Shown: positions 29,904 through 43,297, numbered from the stretch's first letter. The stretch is 64,000 nucleotides of DNA from Candidatus Multivoradales bacterium (GCA_965248055.1 CBDFIJ010000004.1:1152001-1216000); one strand, 5' to 3'. Notes: generated by a model not told the origin, from the letters alone. Translations and numbers: made by a program.

Positions 29904-31810
29904 GTGTCAAAGCGAACCAGCCATATCTTAGTTGGATTGATCCTCATTCTGGCGGTATGCACCTGGGTCTGGTCGTCGCTGGCGGAACCAACTTCGCACC
30001 GTGAATGGGATGAAAGTCACTCCATGAAGAATGTGGCCAGAATCGTCGAGACCGGCAGTTGGGTTCCACATCATGCCTGGTACCCCGCGCTGTCACACAT
30101 TCCACTCGCGGCACTCCTCCGGGCCACTCAGTGGTTCCACCGTACGACGGGGTTGGAGTCCCTTCGCGTTCAACACGAAACCGCCGGTTGGATGTTGCCG
30201 ATCGCGTACTACCTTGGGCGCTGGTTGAGCGTACTGTATGCCTCACTCACGGCGTTACTCACCTACGCGGTCGCCAGAACCAGCTTTGCCAGGGGGACTG
30301 CGACTCTCGCAGTTTTTCTTCTCATCGCGGCACCGATGTTTTCCTGGTCAGCCGCGATATTCAAACCAGACCTCCTCGCTGTATTGTGGACACTTGTAGC
30401 GTTCCTGCTGGCTCTTGGTGCCGGAGAGAAACCAGTTGTTGGGCGCTACATTCTGGCTGGAGTGGCAATTGGGCTAGCTGCTTCGGCAAAACAGATCGGA
30501 GCCTTTGCTGCACTACCCCTAGTATTCGCGACAATCTGGGTTGGGCCAAGAATCAGAGCCTGGCTCGGCTTGGCCGCCGCCGCCGCCACCTCAGCCTTAG
30601 TCTTTTTGTCGTTCCATCCTAGCCTCCATCTGGTACGCCTGTACCTCAGCATGACCGAGCGCTACGACGGTTGGGCTATGCATCAACCCGAGGCACCAAT
30701 TCCTGCTGCCCTCTACATGCCGTTTCTCGCCGTCACAGACACATGGCACGGGCCGGTCATCGGGATCGCATCCATCCTTGGGATGGTTGGACTGACTTTC
30801 GCTCTGTTCAAGTCGCGAGGCCGAGAGAGTTCAGACCTACCAAAGTTTCTAATCTTGACCTTTGTCGTTTCGTTTCCGATCGGGTACACGATTGTTAGTA
30901 GCCACCCAAAAGACAATATCTTTCTCAGCACCTCCCTTTTACCGCCATCGCCGCGTCTTGGTTCATCAATCTGGTAACGAAATGGGTCGTTGCCAAAGTT
31001 CCCGGAGGCTTTGGAGGCCTCATTGGCTCAGCCTTGATTGCCACTATTGTTCTTACTGCTGGAGTCCCTTTCGTCAAGTATCTCTATCGAGCAGCCGTAC
31101 CGACCACTACGGAGAAGATCGCTTTGGACCTCATGTCTAGGTGGGGAGGATTTGGACCTCACCGTACAGTGATCTCAGAAGGTGCGAGTTTCCAATGGTC
31201 TCGTCGAATTCTCGCCACGGAAGCCAATCTTCCTTGGATCAAGAAGCGCGAAAAAATCCCTTCACCTCAGCCAACCCGACAGCAAGATTTGGCTGACTTC
31301 GAAGTGTTTCCGTTTGCCCGCTTGGGAATCGAAGACAGCCCTTACAGCGCTCGAACGCATCGCCTCAAACCTACTAGTGTACGCATCGTCCATCCAACAC
31401 TGTTCAAGGTTCGTGGGGATCCCTTGGTTGTTCTGCTGCATCCGTGGAAGCACAAGAGGACACTTGACCTGAACTGGACAATTGCTCAAGACAAACGGTC
31501 TATGCATGTGCGTCTTTCGACCGTGCTTAGAGCACGAAGAGTCATCTCTTTTCGGGTGGCGACAAGCGAAGACCTGTCCCGAACTTGCCGAATTACTCTT
31601 GGTCGAAGACAGCTGCCACTATTTCAGTACCGGCGCTCTGAGGGCGGGCAACGATTTCTCATGACAGAGAGGGCTATTGTGCCCGGTCGCCCCGCCACTA
31701 CGATTTTTTCCTGTAGCCAGCAACTGACGGATGATCAAACAAAGATTTCAGTTATCGAATGGCGCCTCCCCAAGAGACACGTAATTGATCTTGAGGGCGG
31801 GACAGGGTGA
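29904..31810 (+). pseudogene. ArnT/PMT-like (GT-C) membrane glycosyltransferase, frameshifted near 30925
   Basis: WDE motif, many TMs, A.SAKQ; after ...KDNIFL the reading continues in another frame (QHLPFTAIAASWFINL...) directly into ORF 31034-31810. Confidence 0.75.
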
Positions 31811-31978
31811 AGCAAACCCTATCCGAGCAACCGTCATGATTCTGTGTCCTGGAGTAAGCCTGCTTGGAGTTGTGACAGCGCTTGCGCTTAAGATTGATCA
31901 GCTGCCCTCTTCCATTCGGATTGGGGTTCGCCTGTAAGATCAACCCTTAAACTTCGGCCAATCCGAAGAGGTACTTCA

Positions 31979-32233
31979 ATGACTGGTTTATTCGTTTGGC
32001 TCGTGATCGGCTGTTTGGTGGGGGCGCTGCACCGTTGGCTTCCCGGCAATCGACCGAGTTGGTCGACAGCACTCGCTGGAGGTGCATTAGGAGCACTTCT
32101 CGGGGGTCTGCTGGCAACCGTCCTGGGAATCGGTGGACTGGCAGTTTTCGATCCCCGTAGCGCGATCGTCGCCTTTCTTGCCGCGCTGATCATTCTTAAC
32201 GGCCAGCGATTTTTTCTGGCCCGACGTCGATGA
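31979..32233 (+). CDS. GlsB/YeaQ/YmgE (transglycosylase-associated) membrane protein
   Basis: WLVIG..VGAL...LPG...GALGALLGG pattern, 84 aa. Confidence 0.8.
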   Translation: MTGLFVWLVIGCLVGALHRWLPGNRPSWSTALAGGALGALLGGLLATVLGIGGLAVFDPRSAIVAFLAALIILNGQRFFLARRR

Positions 32234-35200
32234 AGTTGCCGCTGGCATTGACTCGACCCAGTTTGATCGTCGGAATCACGCTGTTGCCGACACTGGTCAC
32301 GGCCTTCGCTGGTATCGGTTGCCGGAGCGAGACAGATCCCACCGAGTCAGCCATTCTCGCCCGCTCGGGCTACGCACAGTTGGAGAACGAAGAGCCTGCA
32401 GCCGCTGCAGAAACATTCGCCGAGTTGGTCGAACTCTTGCCTGCGGACCCTCTACCTCACGGTAATTTGGCACTCAGCTTGTTGCGCTCGGAACGTCCCG
32501 AAGAAGCACTGGCGGCGATTCAAGTCGGTCTCAAACGATTTCCCGAGCACCCCAAATTGCTGGCGATTCTGGCCACGGTTCAACAATGGCTGGGCGAGTC
32601 GGACGCCGCCCTGGCAGCATCAGCCCAAGCGGCAAACCTTGCGCCAGAGAGCCCGGAGATTCAATTCTCGCTGTATCGCATAGCCGATCAATTGAGCGCC
32701 GAGCCCCAGCGCTCTCAGGCGCTCGATCGATTGGTGCAACTGCGACCCGAGAATCTGGTGGTGCTTCTCAGTCTGGGAAAGACCGCGCTCGCCCAAGCGG
32801 ACGGCTCGGGAGACGCTCGCGCCCAAGCAACCCGCGCCTATCTGAGGACACGAGAACTCGCCTGGGACAACCCCGACGCGACAACCGTCTTGGAACGCCT
32901 ACTCCAAGCACTGAGCGACAACGACCTAGACGCGGCCCGAACCCCATCGATCCAACTGGAAAACCTGCTCAAAATCACTCCTGCCTATAGACAGAGTCTG
33001 CGCGAACTCGACACCGGCATCCAGGGCATCCCGATTCGCAATCTGGACCTTGCCACCGATCCTTTGCCGGCTGCCCCTCCTCTAGCTCTTTCTTTCGATA
33101 CCCAACCGCTGCTTAGCGATCCTCAGTCTGGGGTCGCTGCGAGTTTTTTTTCAGGTGATACCCCCGATTGGGTCGCGCTCTCGCCGACCGGAGACCTCGC
33201 AACCATCCAAAACGAAGCCACACGCGCAGGAGAGAGTGGAAGTGGAGCTACGCTGTCTTTGGTCGACGTCAACAACGACGGCTTTGCCGACGCGATCGTT
33301 TCAGGATCGACGGGAGTTCAGATTTCCCTAGGAGATGGGAAAGGGCAGTTCGACGAGTGGTCCGCCTTCGGAATCGAAGTTGAGCAAGGTTCTGAAGTGG
33401 CGGCAATCGACTTCGACATTGAGGGAGATCTCGACTTGGCGGTAGCGACTGCCAGCGGAGTCCGGCTGTTTCAGAACACACTGACCGGACCTCTGGCTGA
33501 GATTACCGAGCATTCCAAGGGACTCGATGACGGGGTACCGGTGGGACGACTGCTTTCTGTGGATCTCGACAGCGACGGTGACCTTGACCTGGTTGGTTCT
33601 CAGCCGGGGAGAGTCGTTTGGTGGTCCAATCTGCGACAAGGTGAATTCCGTCTTGAGATCATCGCCCCCTTGGAGGCGACCGCGTTGGCAGTGGGAGACC
33701 TCGATAACGACCATCAATTCGAGCTGGTTGTTGCCGGTCCGGACACCATCGAAATCTTCAGCCACAGCGATCAGGGCTTCTTCTCGTCAGCGACAATGCC
33801 GGCTTCTGGGATTCGCGATCTGGCGATCGGCGATCTCGACGCGGACGGTCGATTTGACCTAGTGGCAGCCGGAGCAAATGGCGTCCAGTTGTGGCAAAAC
33901 ACCGACTCCGACTTTCTCGCTCCGATGTCCATATTCAGTGACCCCGCTTCAGCGCTGCTCTTGGTTGACGACGACCGCGACTGCGACCTCGACATCTTGG
34001 TCGCCGGAAAAACCGGTCTCAACCGCTTGGAGACCCAGACCGAGACCCAGTACCACTGCCTGCGCGTGCGATTGCGTGGACTCACCGAAGGCAGTTCCAA
34101 GAACAATGTGCTGGGCCTCGGCACCTTGGTCGAAGTTTCGGTCGGCGACCGTACCCTGACCGCAGAAGCCGCCGCTGAGGAAACCTTCTTCGGTCTGGGG
34201 GAAGGCTCGACGGCCGATTTGCTGCGTGTGGTTTGGACCAACGGGGTGCCGCAAAACCGGTTTCAACTCGCTGCGGATGCCACCGTAGTAGAAGAACAGT
34301 TGCTCAAAGGAAGTTGCCCATTTCTTTACGCTTGGGATGGCAGCCAATTCAGCTTCGTCACCGACCTGTTGTGGGGATCACCGATGGGATTACCTGTTGC
34401 GCCCGGCATGTGGGCGGAGGCCGATCCCAGCGAACTGGTTCACATTCCAGGAGCGGTGCCGGTGGATGGCACGCTCGACCTGCGCATCACCGAAGAGCTT
34501 TGGGAAGCAGCGTTCTTCGACCACCTGCGGTTATGGGTGGTCGAAGTCGAAGACGATCTTGAAGTAACCACCAGCCTCAAGATTCTGCCCGGCCAATCGA
34601 CCCCAGAGCTAGTACACGCCACCCGTCAAGTACGACCAGTGGTCGCCGCGACCGACGCCCAAGGAAGAGACGTTACGGCACAGCTCAGGAGCCGCGATCA
34701 GGTCTACGCCGACGGCTGGACCAAGAGCCCCTATCAAGGTGTGCCGGCCGAGCCGTGGACGATGGAGTTCGATCTTGGCGAACTTGGTGTCGAGGCGACC
34801 TCCGCTCCGTCGATTCGTTTACTCCTCGACGGTTGGATCTTCCCCTCGGACGCTAGCCTGAATCTGGCGGTCGGCCAACGCACCGATCTCAGCGTTCACG
34901 GACCGCGCCTGGAAATCCTCCATCAAGGTCAGTGGCAGCTTTTGGTTGACCAGGTTGGCTTCCCCGCAGGCAAGACCAAAACCATGGTGGTCGATCTACC
35001 TCCGCTGCCAGCGGGCGCTCACCGCCTACGCTTAGTCGCGGCCCAGTGGCTGTCTTTCGACCGGATCGCTTGGAGCAGCCAAACCGCCGACGACGAGGTG
35101 AAAGTCGTTCGACGCGCAACTCCCAATTCAGCCCAGCTTCGTTCGCGGGGCTTCTCGCGTTTGGTACGCCAAGCCCCCAACGCACCTCATACCTATGACT

Positions 35201-35571
35201 ATCAAGTGGTCGAGTCCCGCGCCCCCTGGATCCCGTTCCCCGGGCGCTACACCTCTTACGGCGAGGTCTCCGAACTATTGGAGCACGCCGACGACCAATC
35301 CGTGATCCTCGCTGCCGGTGACGAAATGAGAGTTCTGTTCGATCTCACCGACCTACCAGAGCCCGCCCACGGTTATCGCTACCAATACTTCCTCGAAAGC
35401 CACGGCTGGGACAAAGACGCCGATCGCAACACCTATCAAGCAGCCCAGGTGGAACCGCTACCCTTCCGCGCAATGTCCGGCTACCCCTTCGCGCCTGGAG
35501 AAGAATTCCCCGACACTGCTGAGATGCGGGACTATCGGAAGCGCTGGCTGACGCGCGAGCTCGCGCGTTGA
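32230..35571 (+). CDS. Lipoprotein with TPR, FG-GAP repeats and ASPIC/UnbV-like domain
   Basis: Lipobox-like GIGC, TPRs, DxDxDGDLD repeats, FGLG...WTNG, GSCPFLY C-terminal domain. Confidence 0.85.
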   Translation: MKLPLALTRPSLIVGITLLPTLVTAFAGIGCRSETDPTESAILARSGYAQLENEEPAAAAETFAELVELLPADPLPHGNLALSLLRSERPEEALAAIQVGLKRFPEHPKLLAILATVQQWLGESDAALAASAQAANLAPESPEIQFSLYRIADQLSAEPQRSQALDRLVQLRPENLVVLLSLGKTALAQADGSGDARAQATRAYLRTRELAWDNPDATTVLERLLQALSDNDLDAARTPSIQLENLLKITPAYRQSLRELDTGIQGIPIRNLDLATDPLPAAPPLALSFDTQPLLSDPQSGVAASFFSGDTPDWVALSPTGDLATIQNEATRAGESGSGATLSLVDVNNDGFADAIVSGSTGVQISLGDGKGQFDEWSAFGIEVEQGSEVAAIDFDIEGDLDLAVATASGVRLFQNTLTGPLAEITEHSKGLDDGVPVGRLLSVDLDSDGDLDLVGSQPGRVVWWSNLRQGEFRLEIIAPLEATALAVGDLDNDHQFELVVAGPDTIEIFSHSDQGFFSSATMPASGIRDLAIGDLDADGRFDLVAAGANGVQLWQNTDSDFLAPMSIFSDPASALLLVDDDRDCDLDILVAGKTGLNRLETQTETQYHCLRVRLRGLTEGSSKNNVLGLGTLVEVSVGDRTLTAEAAAEETFFGLGEGSTADLLRVVWTNGVPQNRFQLAADATVVEEQLLKGSCPFLYAWDGSQFSFVTDLLWGSPMGLPVAPGMWAEADPSELVHIPGAVPVDGTLDLRITEELWEAAFFDHLRLWVVEVEDDLEVTTSLKILPGQSTPELVHATRQVRPVVAATDAQGRDVTAQLRSRDQVYADGWTKSPYQGVPAEPWTMEFDLGELGVEATSAPSIRLLLDGWIFPSDASLNLAVGQRTDLSVHGPRLEILHQGQWQLLVDQVGFPAGKTKTMVVDLPPLPAGAHRLRLVAAQWLSFDRIAWSSQTADDEVKVVRRATPNSAQLRSRGFSRLVRQAPNAPHTYDYQVVESRAPWIPFPGRYTSYGEVSELLEHADDQSVILAAGDEMRVLFDLTDLPEPAHGYRYQYFLESHGWDKDADRNTYQAAQVEPLPFRAMSGYPFAPGEEFPDTAEMRDYRKRWLTRELAR

Positions 35572-35939
35572 TCTCGGTCACATAGTCAAACCCACATCGT
35601 CTCCGACCCGATGAGCTTCTTGTTGCGTCCACCCTCTTGAGAGTCCACGTTGTGGCTTCTCTCTCAGGGGAAGGGCTTGCCCCCTCCCGCTGCCTTTTCT
35701 TCGTTGAACACGATGCCTCGAAATCGCCACACTGTTGGGCACGAGCATTGCAATAGATAGTTTCCGCCTCAACTACCTCCTTCTGGGGCAGGGGTGGTCG
35801 GCCCGCCAGCTGGCCACCCCAAGCTTTTTTCTGCCAACCAACAGAGCCCCGAAGATTCGAGCGGAATCAAGCCGTTGTGACCTAGACTGCGTATTCAGCA
35901 GCGGTCTGCCCAAGCTTGGGTAACACTTTGGAGGTCACT

Positions 35940-36620
35940 ATGTCGGCTAAGTTCCACCGAAGTCTGTTTCAGTTCTTGAAGGAGCTAGAAGCCAACAACA
36001 ATCGGGACTGGTTTAACCAGAACAAATCCAGATATGAAGATGTGTTGGTGGATCCATCGCTCTCTTTCATCTCAGCGTTTGGTCCCCAGCTGAAGAAAAT
36101 CAGCCCGCACTTTGACGCCATTCCCAAGAAAACCGGTGGCTCACTATTTCGCATCTATCGCGATACCCGATTCGGTAAAGACAAGACCCCGTACAAGACC
36201 CACGTTGGCATCCACTTCCGGCACAAGCGAGCCAAGGACGCCCACGCACCTGGGTTCTATCTTCATCTTCATCCAACCGGGAGTTTCATCGGTGCCGGGA
36301 TCTGGCGTCCAGATGGGCCGTCTTTGAGAAAGATTCGAGAGGCAATCGACGCTGACCCTACAGGGTGGCGTCGCGCCACCGGCAAGCGATTCCACGAGTC
36401 TCTTAGTTTGGCGGGCGACTCGCTGGTCCGGCCACCCAAGGGGTACGACCCCGACCATCCGTTGATCGACGACCTCAAGCGCAAGGATTTCATCGCCACC
36501 CGCAATATTCCCCAAAAGATGGTCTTAGCCGATGATTTGGTCAGCCAGTTCGCCGCCCAATGTCGAGAAGCCAAAAATTTGGTCAAGTTTCTGTGTGGTG
36601 CTTTGGACGTCGAGTTCTAG
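35940..36620 (+). CDS. DUF2461 (TIGR02453) family protein
   Basis: NNNRDWF...Y, FRIYRDTRFGKDKTPYK, PKGYDPDHP. Confidence 0.92.
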   Translation: MSAKFHRSLFQFLKELEANNNRDWFNQNKSRYEDVLVDPSLSFISAFGPQLKKISPHFDAIPKKTGGSLFRIYRDTRFGKDKTPYKTHVGIHFRHKRAKDAHAPGFYLHLHPTGSFIGAGIWRPDGPSLRKIREAIDADPTGWRRATGKRFHESLSLAGDSLVRPPKGYDPDHPLIDDLKRKDFIATRNIPQKMVLADDLVSQFAAQCREAKNLVKFLCGALDVEF

Positions 36621-36656
36621 GGATACGAAGACGGACAGAGCGGCTTAAGCCGCGGA

Positions 36657-36994
36657 AGATCCCGGCTCCCCTCCCTCTCCACCGCCGGGATGACGAGGTG
36701 TTTGAGCTGCCTCCGCCGAGATCACGAAGAACGAAGAACTTCCGACCCCGACCAAGTCATTCCCGTAGGGCAGGGGTTTGGTGGTCGGGAATCTTTCTGA
36801 TCTAGGTAACAGATCCCGGCCCCCCTCCCTCCCCACCGCCGGGATGACGAGTTGGCGTCAAGATAACCATCCCTACATCATCCCGCCAACCTCTAGGCAT
36901 CCTGAGTGAGGGTGAAGCCCGAATCGAAGGATCTCGATGGTGGGGAGGTTGAGATCCTTCGACTCCGCTGCAATGCAGCTCCGCTCAGGATGAC
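36657..36994. repeat. REP-like cluster A (AGATCC...GGATGAC hairpins)
   Basis: Five units in alternating orientation between convergent genes, including an inverted CATCCTGAG..GAAGGATCTC / GAGATCCTTC..CTCAGGATGAC pair. Confidence 0.85.
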
Positions 36995-37009
36995 CGAGAA
37001 AGGAATCGC

Positions 37010-39079
<2,070 letters not shown>

Positions 39080-39081
39080 TC

Positions 39082-40272
39082 ATGTCACTCAAACCAGAAC
39101 AGCTCCCGGCAATCCAAGAAGCCCTCCAACAGCAGGACCTGGATGGCTGGTTCCTCTCCTGCTTTCAGCACAATGACCCCGTCAGCCTCGACCTGTTGGG
39201 GCTAGCTGACAAAGACCTGGTGTCCCGTCGCTGTTATTACTTGATCCCGGCGCACAGTGAGCCCAGACGGTTGTGTCATGGCCTGGAGCCAGCAATGTTG
39301 GATCAGATGCCTGGATCGATCCATTTCTACACCACCTGGCGTCAGCACGAAGACGCCCTGACCGAGTTGCTTTCCGGAATGAAGCGAGTTGCCGCGCACT
39401 ACAGCCCGGAGAACCAAATCCCGACCATCTCCCGCCTCGACGCCGGCACCGCCGAGTTTCTGACCAACCGAGGCATCGAGTTGGTGTCCGCCGCCGACTT
39501 GGCACAACAATTTGTCGCGGTGTGGAGCATGGAGCAGTTACAGAGCCATCGCCGCGCAGCCACGCATCTGCACCAAATCGTGTTGTTGGCCTTCGATCAG
39601 ATCTCCCAAGCTCTCCGTAGCGAGCAGGCAATCGATGAGTACGCGGTGCAGAGATTTATTCTCGACCAATTCGCCAATCGAGGCCTAATTAACGAGGCCG
39701 ACCCCATCGTTGGCGTCAATCGTCACGCCGCCGATCCCCACTACCAACCCGGCCCAGATCACAGCTCTCCGATCACCCCCGGAGACTTTGTCTTGATCGA
39801 TCTTTGGGCCAAGGAAGCAGCGCCGGGATCAATCTATGGTGACATCACCTGGTGCGGCGTCGCTGCGGCCACGCCCACCGACCGCCACCAAGAAATCTTC
39901 ACCATCGTGCGCGATGCGCGCGACGCAGGAGCGGCACTGGTTCAGTCCCGCTACCCGCATACCCCGGTCGCCGGCTATGAAGTTGATGACGCAACCAGAA
40001 AGGTCATCGACAACGCTGGATACGGTGACTACTTCATCCACCGCACCGGTCACTCAATCGGCGTCACCGACCACGGCCCGGGAGCCAACATCGACAACTT
40101 TGAAACCCACGACACCCGGCTGCTGTTGCCGATGACCGGCTTCTCTATCGAGCCCGGAATCTACCTACCCGAAGAATTCGGCGTGCGCTTGGAAATCGGC
40201 ATTGCCTTGACGCCAGAGGGGGCGGAGATCACCGGGGGTGAACCACAGCGGGAATTGATCCGGCTAGTTTGA
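39082..40272 (+). CDS. M24 family Xaa-Pro aminopeptidase
   Basis: DPHY, LIDLW, YGDITW, HRTGHSIG, FSIEPGIY, GVRLE. Confidence 0.93.
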   Translation: MSLKPEQLPAIQEALQQQDLDGWFLSCFQHNDPVSLDLLGLADKDLVSRRCYYLIPAHSEPRRLCHGLEPAMLDQMPGSIHFYTTWRQHEDALTELLSGMKRVAAHYSPENQIPTISRLDAGTAEFLTNRGIELVSAADLAQQFVAVWSMEQLQSHRRAATHLHQIVLLAFDQISQALRSEQAIDEYAVQRFILDQFANRGLINEADPIVGVNRHAADPHYQPGPDHSSPITPGDFVLIDLWAKEAAPGSIYGDITWCGVAAATPTDRHQEIFTIVRDARDAGAALVQSRYPHTPVAGYEVDDATRKVIDNAGYGDYFIHRTGHSIGVTDHGPGANIDNFETHDTRLLLPMTGFSIEPGIYLPEEFGVRLEIGIALTPEGAEITGGEPQRELIRLV

Positions 40273-40419
40273 CGGGATGCTTGATCGGCGAGAACCCTTA
40301 CTACCAGGCCGATCGCATGCAAAATCACGCCTAGAGCTGAAGGCTCATGCGACGAAACTGGCGAGTGCGCCACCCTGTAGTGCTACTGCCAGCTTCGACC
40401 TGCAGAAAGGACTGTCGAG

Positions 40420-42828
40420 CTAGCTTTTGACCTTTGCCTCCAGTAACAACCGCCGGAATTCCGGCTCATCACGGAGGTTCGCCAAGTCAGAGTCATTCTC
40501 GGCATGGTGGATACCGTCGTAACCTGAGGCGAGAGCCCGTTTCAGCCAGTTGAGGGCTTGGTCGCTCTCTCCCAACATCGCGTAACCGCAGGCAATATTG
40601 TAAGCAGAGGTTCCCGGCCGGTATCCAAGATCGTGAGCCTTCTTAAATGATATAATCGCGTCCGCGAATTGTCGGGAATGGTGCTGACTCCACGCGAGGT
40701 TATTCCAACCACGACCGCTTTCCGGCTGGCGAGCGACCCAATCACTGTAGTACTCCACCGCGGGCGCCCACATTTCAGGTGAGTATTCGAGGTTATCGTT
40801 CTTCTCTTTCTTGTGATTCTCCCTCCACCGTCGCTGGCGAAAGCGATCGAGGTCGAGAGCATCAGCTAGCTCGGCAATCGGCTGAAAAGCAGGAGAACCC
40901 CGGAGGTTCGCGAGATCGGGATCCTGCCGCATGTGCTGAGGATTACTGAAGCCAGTCTCGACCGCTTGTCGGAGCGTGCTTGCCGCTTGGCTGATGTCCC
41001 CAGCCAGCGAGTAGGTGCAAGCCAGATTGTAGAGCGCAGAATCGCTATCTTCGCCCGAGGTGCGTGCGGCCTGGGTGAGCGCGTACTCAGCATCATCGAG
41101 AAGCCGTAGGCTCAAGAGATCAGAACCGACTTCGTACCAAGCGTCGCCGTCCGAAGAACTGTTCTCTCGCAGAACCTCGAAGTTCTCCACCGTACTTCTC
41201 AGCCGATAGTCCTTGAGCGGCCGCCGATGCTTGTCGCTCTCTAAGAAGTTCTCATCGACCAGCTTCTGAAATCGGTTGTCACTGCGAATAGGGTCGAAAT
41301 CACTGTCATGGGCAAGATGACGAGGATCATCCCAACCGGAGTCCAACGACCGTCGAAGTAGCTCTAGAGCAAGATCAGTATTGCCCGCCAACGAAGCACT
41401 GCAAGCCCCGTTGTAGTAGGAGGCCGTTGGCCGGTAGCCCGCTTCTGCAGATCCTCGATAGGCCTGGGCTGCCTCGGCAAACCGATTGTCTTCGTAGAAT
41501 TCCTGGCCTTGCTGGTATCCCTCATCAGAGGATTTGTAGGCTTGGTGACCGGCTTTCTCGCCGAGCCGTTTCTTCTGTTGGCGACGCTGGCTCTCTGTTT
41601 GCCGCGTGGGCGCCTTGCGGCCTCCAGGTGTGCTCGGAAGCGCTGAGTCGAGTCCGCCGAATACCAAACTGGCTCCGCCAAAGAAACTCGGCTCAAAGGA
41701 TCGATCCACCTCAGCTTGAGACGGCGTCGACAATTGAACTCCAGCAAAAGATGCAACCAGCACCACACTGACGACAGCCAAGAGGGCTATTGCAACGCGC
41801 CGAACCGGCGAGCGACGTTGGTTGGAGTCGAGGATGGCGACGAGACGAGACTTTAGATTTGATGGATTAAGCATAGCGAGAGACACCTCCGGTGATTCGT
41901 AGGGGTGGAACCCCTGGGCAAGAGTCAGCAGTTCTTTGGCGTAAGCAGAAGGTGCCTCGCCTGCGAGTAGCACGGTGTTGTCAGCAGCCCTCTCCGCTTC
42001 GCGGCGGGCCCAAAAATGAAGCCCCCAAACAAGGGGATGAAACCAGAAAACAACTGTCGCCAAGTGACCGACAAGAGTAGTCCAACCATCCCTGCGATGA
42101 AGGTGCGCGACCTCGTGCAACAGCACTCGGCGCAGCCGCGTCTCAGACCACGACCCACGATCAACCGGGAGCAAGACAAATTCATTGCCAAAGGTAGAAG
42201 CAAGAGGAATCGAAATCCTCTCGCTCTCCCTTAAACCGGGACGTTTGCGGTAACCGACCTGACGGCAAGCGCACTCAAGTACGCTCTGGGGCCGCGATTC
42301 AAGGATCTCCCGGCTGGTCCGGTACAGCGTGTGGAGCGCACCAAATTTGCGCCCTAGACGGACAAGAAGCAGCGCACTGACAACCACCCATGAAACCAGA
42401 ATGATCGTGCCAAGGGGCGCATCCCACCGCACTGAGCCGCGGCCTTCCGGCGATGAGCGAACTGCGGAGCCGGGCTCTGTCCCCACTTCGAGGCTCTTCG
42501 TCGGCACAACTCGATCGCGGTGCTTCGCAGCTCCACTAGTCGCAACAGTCGCCTTCGCCAAAGTCGGCCTGGCGGTGGAACTAAGGACAGCTCTGGCGCT
42601 GGAATTCGTTTTCGGAGGGAGCAGATTTGGACCATCAAACGATGGAACCCACAAGGTCAACAGCGGCAGAACCAAAACGCCAGCCAGCGTCAGGGCCAAC
42701 ACTAAATGCCTCTGTGCTGCGGAACATCGCCGTAACAAAGACCATAAGAGAAAAGGGCAACAACACCAGACAGTAACCTTCAGGAGAAGCACTGTGATGT
42801 CGAAAGGAAAGTCAGTGAAAGACATCAA
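40420..42828 (-). CDS. BlaR1-like M56 peptidase with C-terminal TPR modules
   Basis: TMs, LLHEVAHL.R.D, FWFHPLVW, E.AAD; three YNxAC...D.D...R TPR modules. Confidence 0.9.
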   Translation of the reverse strand: MMSFTDFPFDITVLLLKVTVWCCCPFLLWSLLRRCSAAQRHLVLALTLAGVLVLPLLTLWVPSFDGPNLLPPKTNSSARAVLSSTARPTLAKATVATSGAAKHRDRVVPTKSLEVGTEPGSAVRSSPEGRGSVRWDAPLGTIILVSWVVVSALLLVRLGRKFGALHTLYRTSREILESRPQSVLECACRQVGYRKRPGLRESERISIPLASTFGNEFVLLPVDRGSWSETRLRRVLLHEVAHLHRRDGWTTLVGHLATVVFWFHPLVWGLHFWARREAERAADNTVLLAGEAPSAYAKELLTLAQGFHPYESPEVSLAMLNPSNLKSRLVAILDSNQRRSPVRRVAIALLAVVSVVLVASFAGVQLSTPSQAEVDRSFEPSFFGGASLVFGGLDSALPSTPGGRKAPTRQTESQRRQQKKRLGEKAGHQAYKSSDEGYQQGQEFYEDNRFAEAAQAYRGSAEAGYRPTASYYNGACSASLAGNTDLALELLRRSLDSGWDDPRHLAHDSDFDPIRSDNRFQKLVDENFLESDKHRRPLKDYRLRSTVENFEVLRENSSSDGDAWYEVGSDLLSLRLLDDAEYALTQAARTSGEDSDSALYNLACTYSLAGDISQAASTLRQAVETGFSNPQHMRQDPDLANLRGSPAFQPIAELADALDLDRFRQRRWRENHKKEKNDNLEYSPEMWAPAVEYYSDWVARQPESGRGWNNLAWSQHHSRQFADAIISFKKAHDLGYRPGTSAYNIACGYAMLGESDQALNWLKRALASGYDGIHHAENDSDLANLRDEPEFRRLLLEAKVKS

Positions 42829-43211
42829 CGACCCTCTTTCCTTGCCCTCTCGATCAGCCCGGTGATTTCGTCAAGCTCCTCACGGGTCAGATCATCGGCG
42901 TTATCTCGGATAAGCGAACTGACGATCTGCGCCGGAGAAGCGTCGAAGAACGTCTTCAGAAGATGGTCCAGCGCTTTGGCGCGGGCTCGCCTTGGTTCGA
43001 CGGTTGGCTGATAAGTGTAGCGGTTCCCGTCAAATTCATGGGTCAAATGACCCTTCGACTCAAGAATTGACAGGGTACTGCGAACGGCGGAATAGCTGGG
43101 AGGATCCGGTAATTCCGCAAGCACCTCCGAAACGGTGGCCACTCCTTTGCGATAGATAATGTCCATAACCTCCCGCTCTCGGCGGCTGTACGGTTTATTG
43201 TCGTTCGCCAT
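42825..43211 (-). CDS. BlaI/MecI/CopY family repressor
   Basis: SRREREVMDI, PDPPSYSAVR..L..L..KG, TFFD. Confidence 0.93.
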   Translation of the reverse strand: MANDNKPYSRREREVMDIIYRKGVATVSEVLAELPDPPSYSAVRSTLSILESKGHLTHEFDGNRYTYQPTVEPRRARAKALDHLLKTFFDASPAQIVSSLIRDNADDLTREELDEITGLIERARKEGR

Positions 43212-43243
43212 TGGCAGGAGCTCGTAGCGTAGTCACGCGGAAG

Positions 43244-43297
43244 TGCTGATATTTCAGCATCTGTAGAAAAAATAGCACTCCCTTGGGCCACAGTCAA
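43244..43297 (-). promoter_or_regulatory. Promoter and tandem operator of the BlaI-M56 operon
   Basis: Palindrome TGCTGA-N4-TCAGCA (43244-43259), degenerate copy 43262-43277; minus strand TTGACT-N17-TATTTT with extended TG. Confidence 0.7.
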
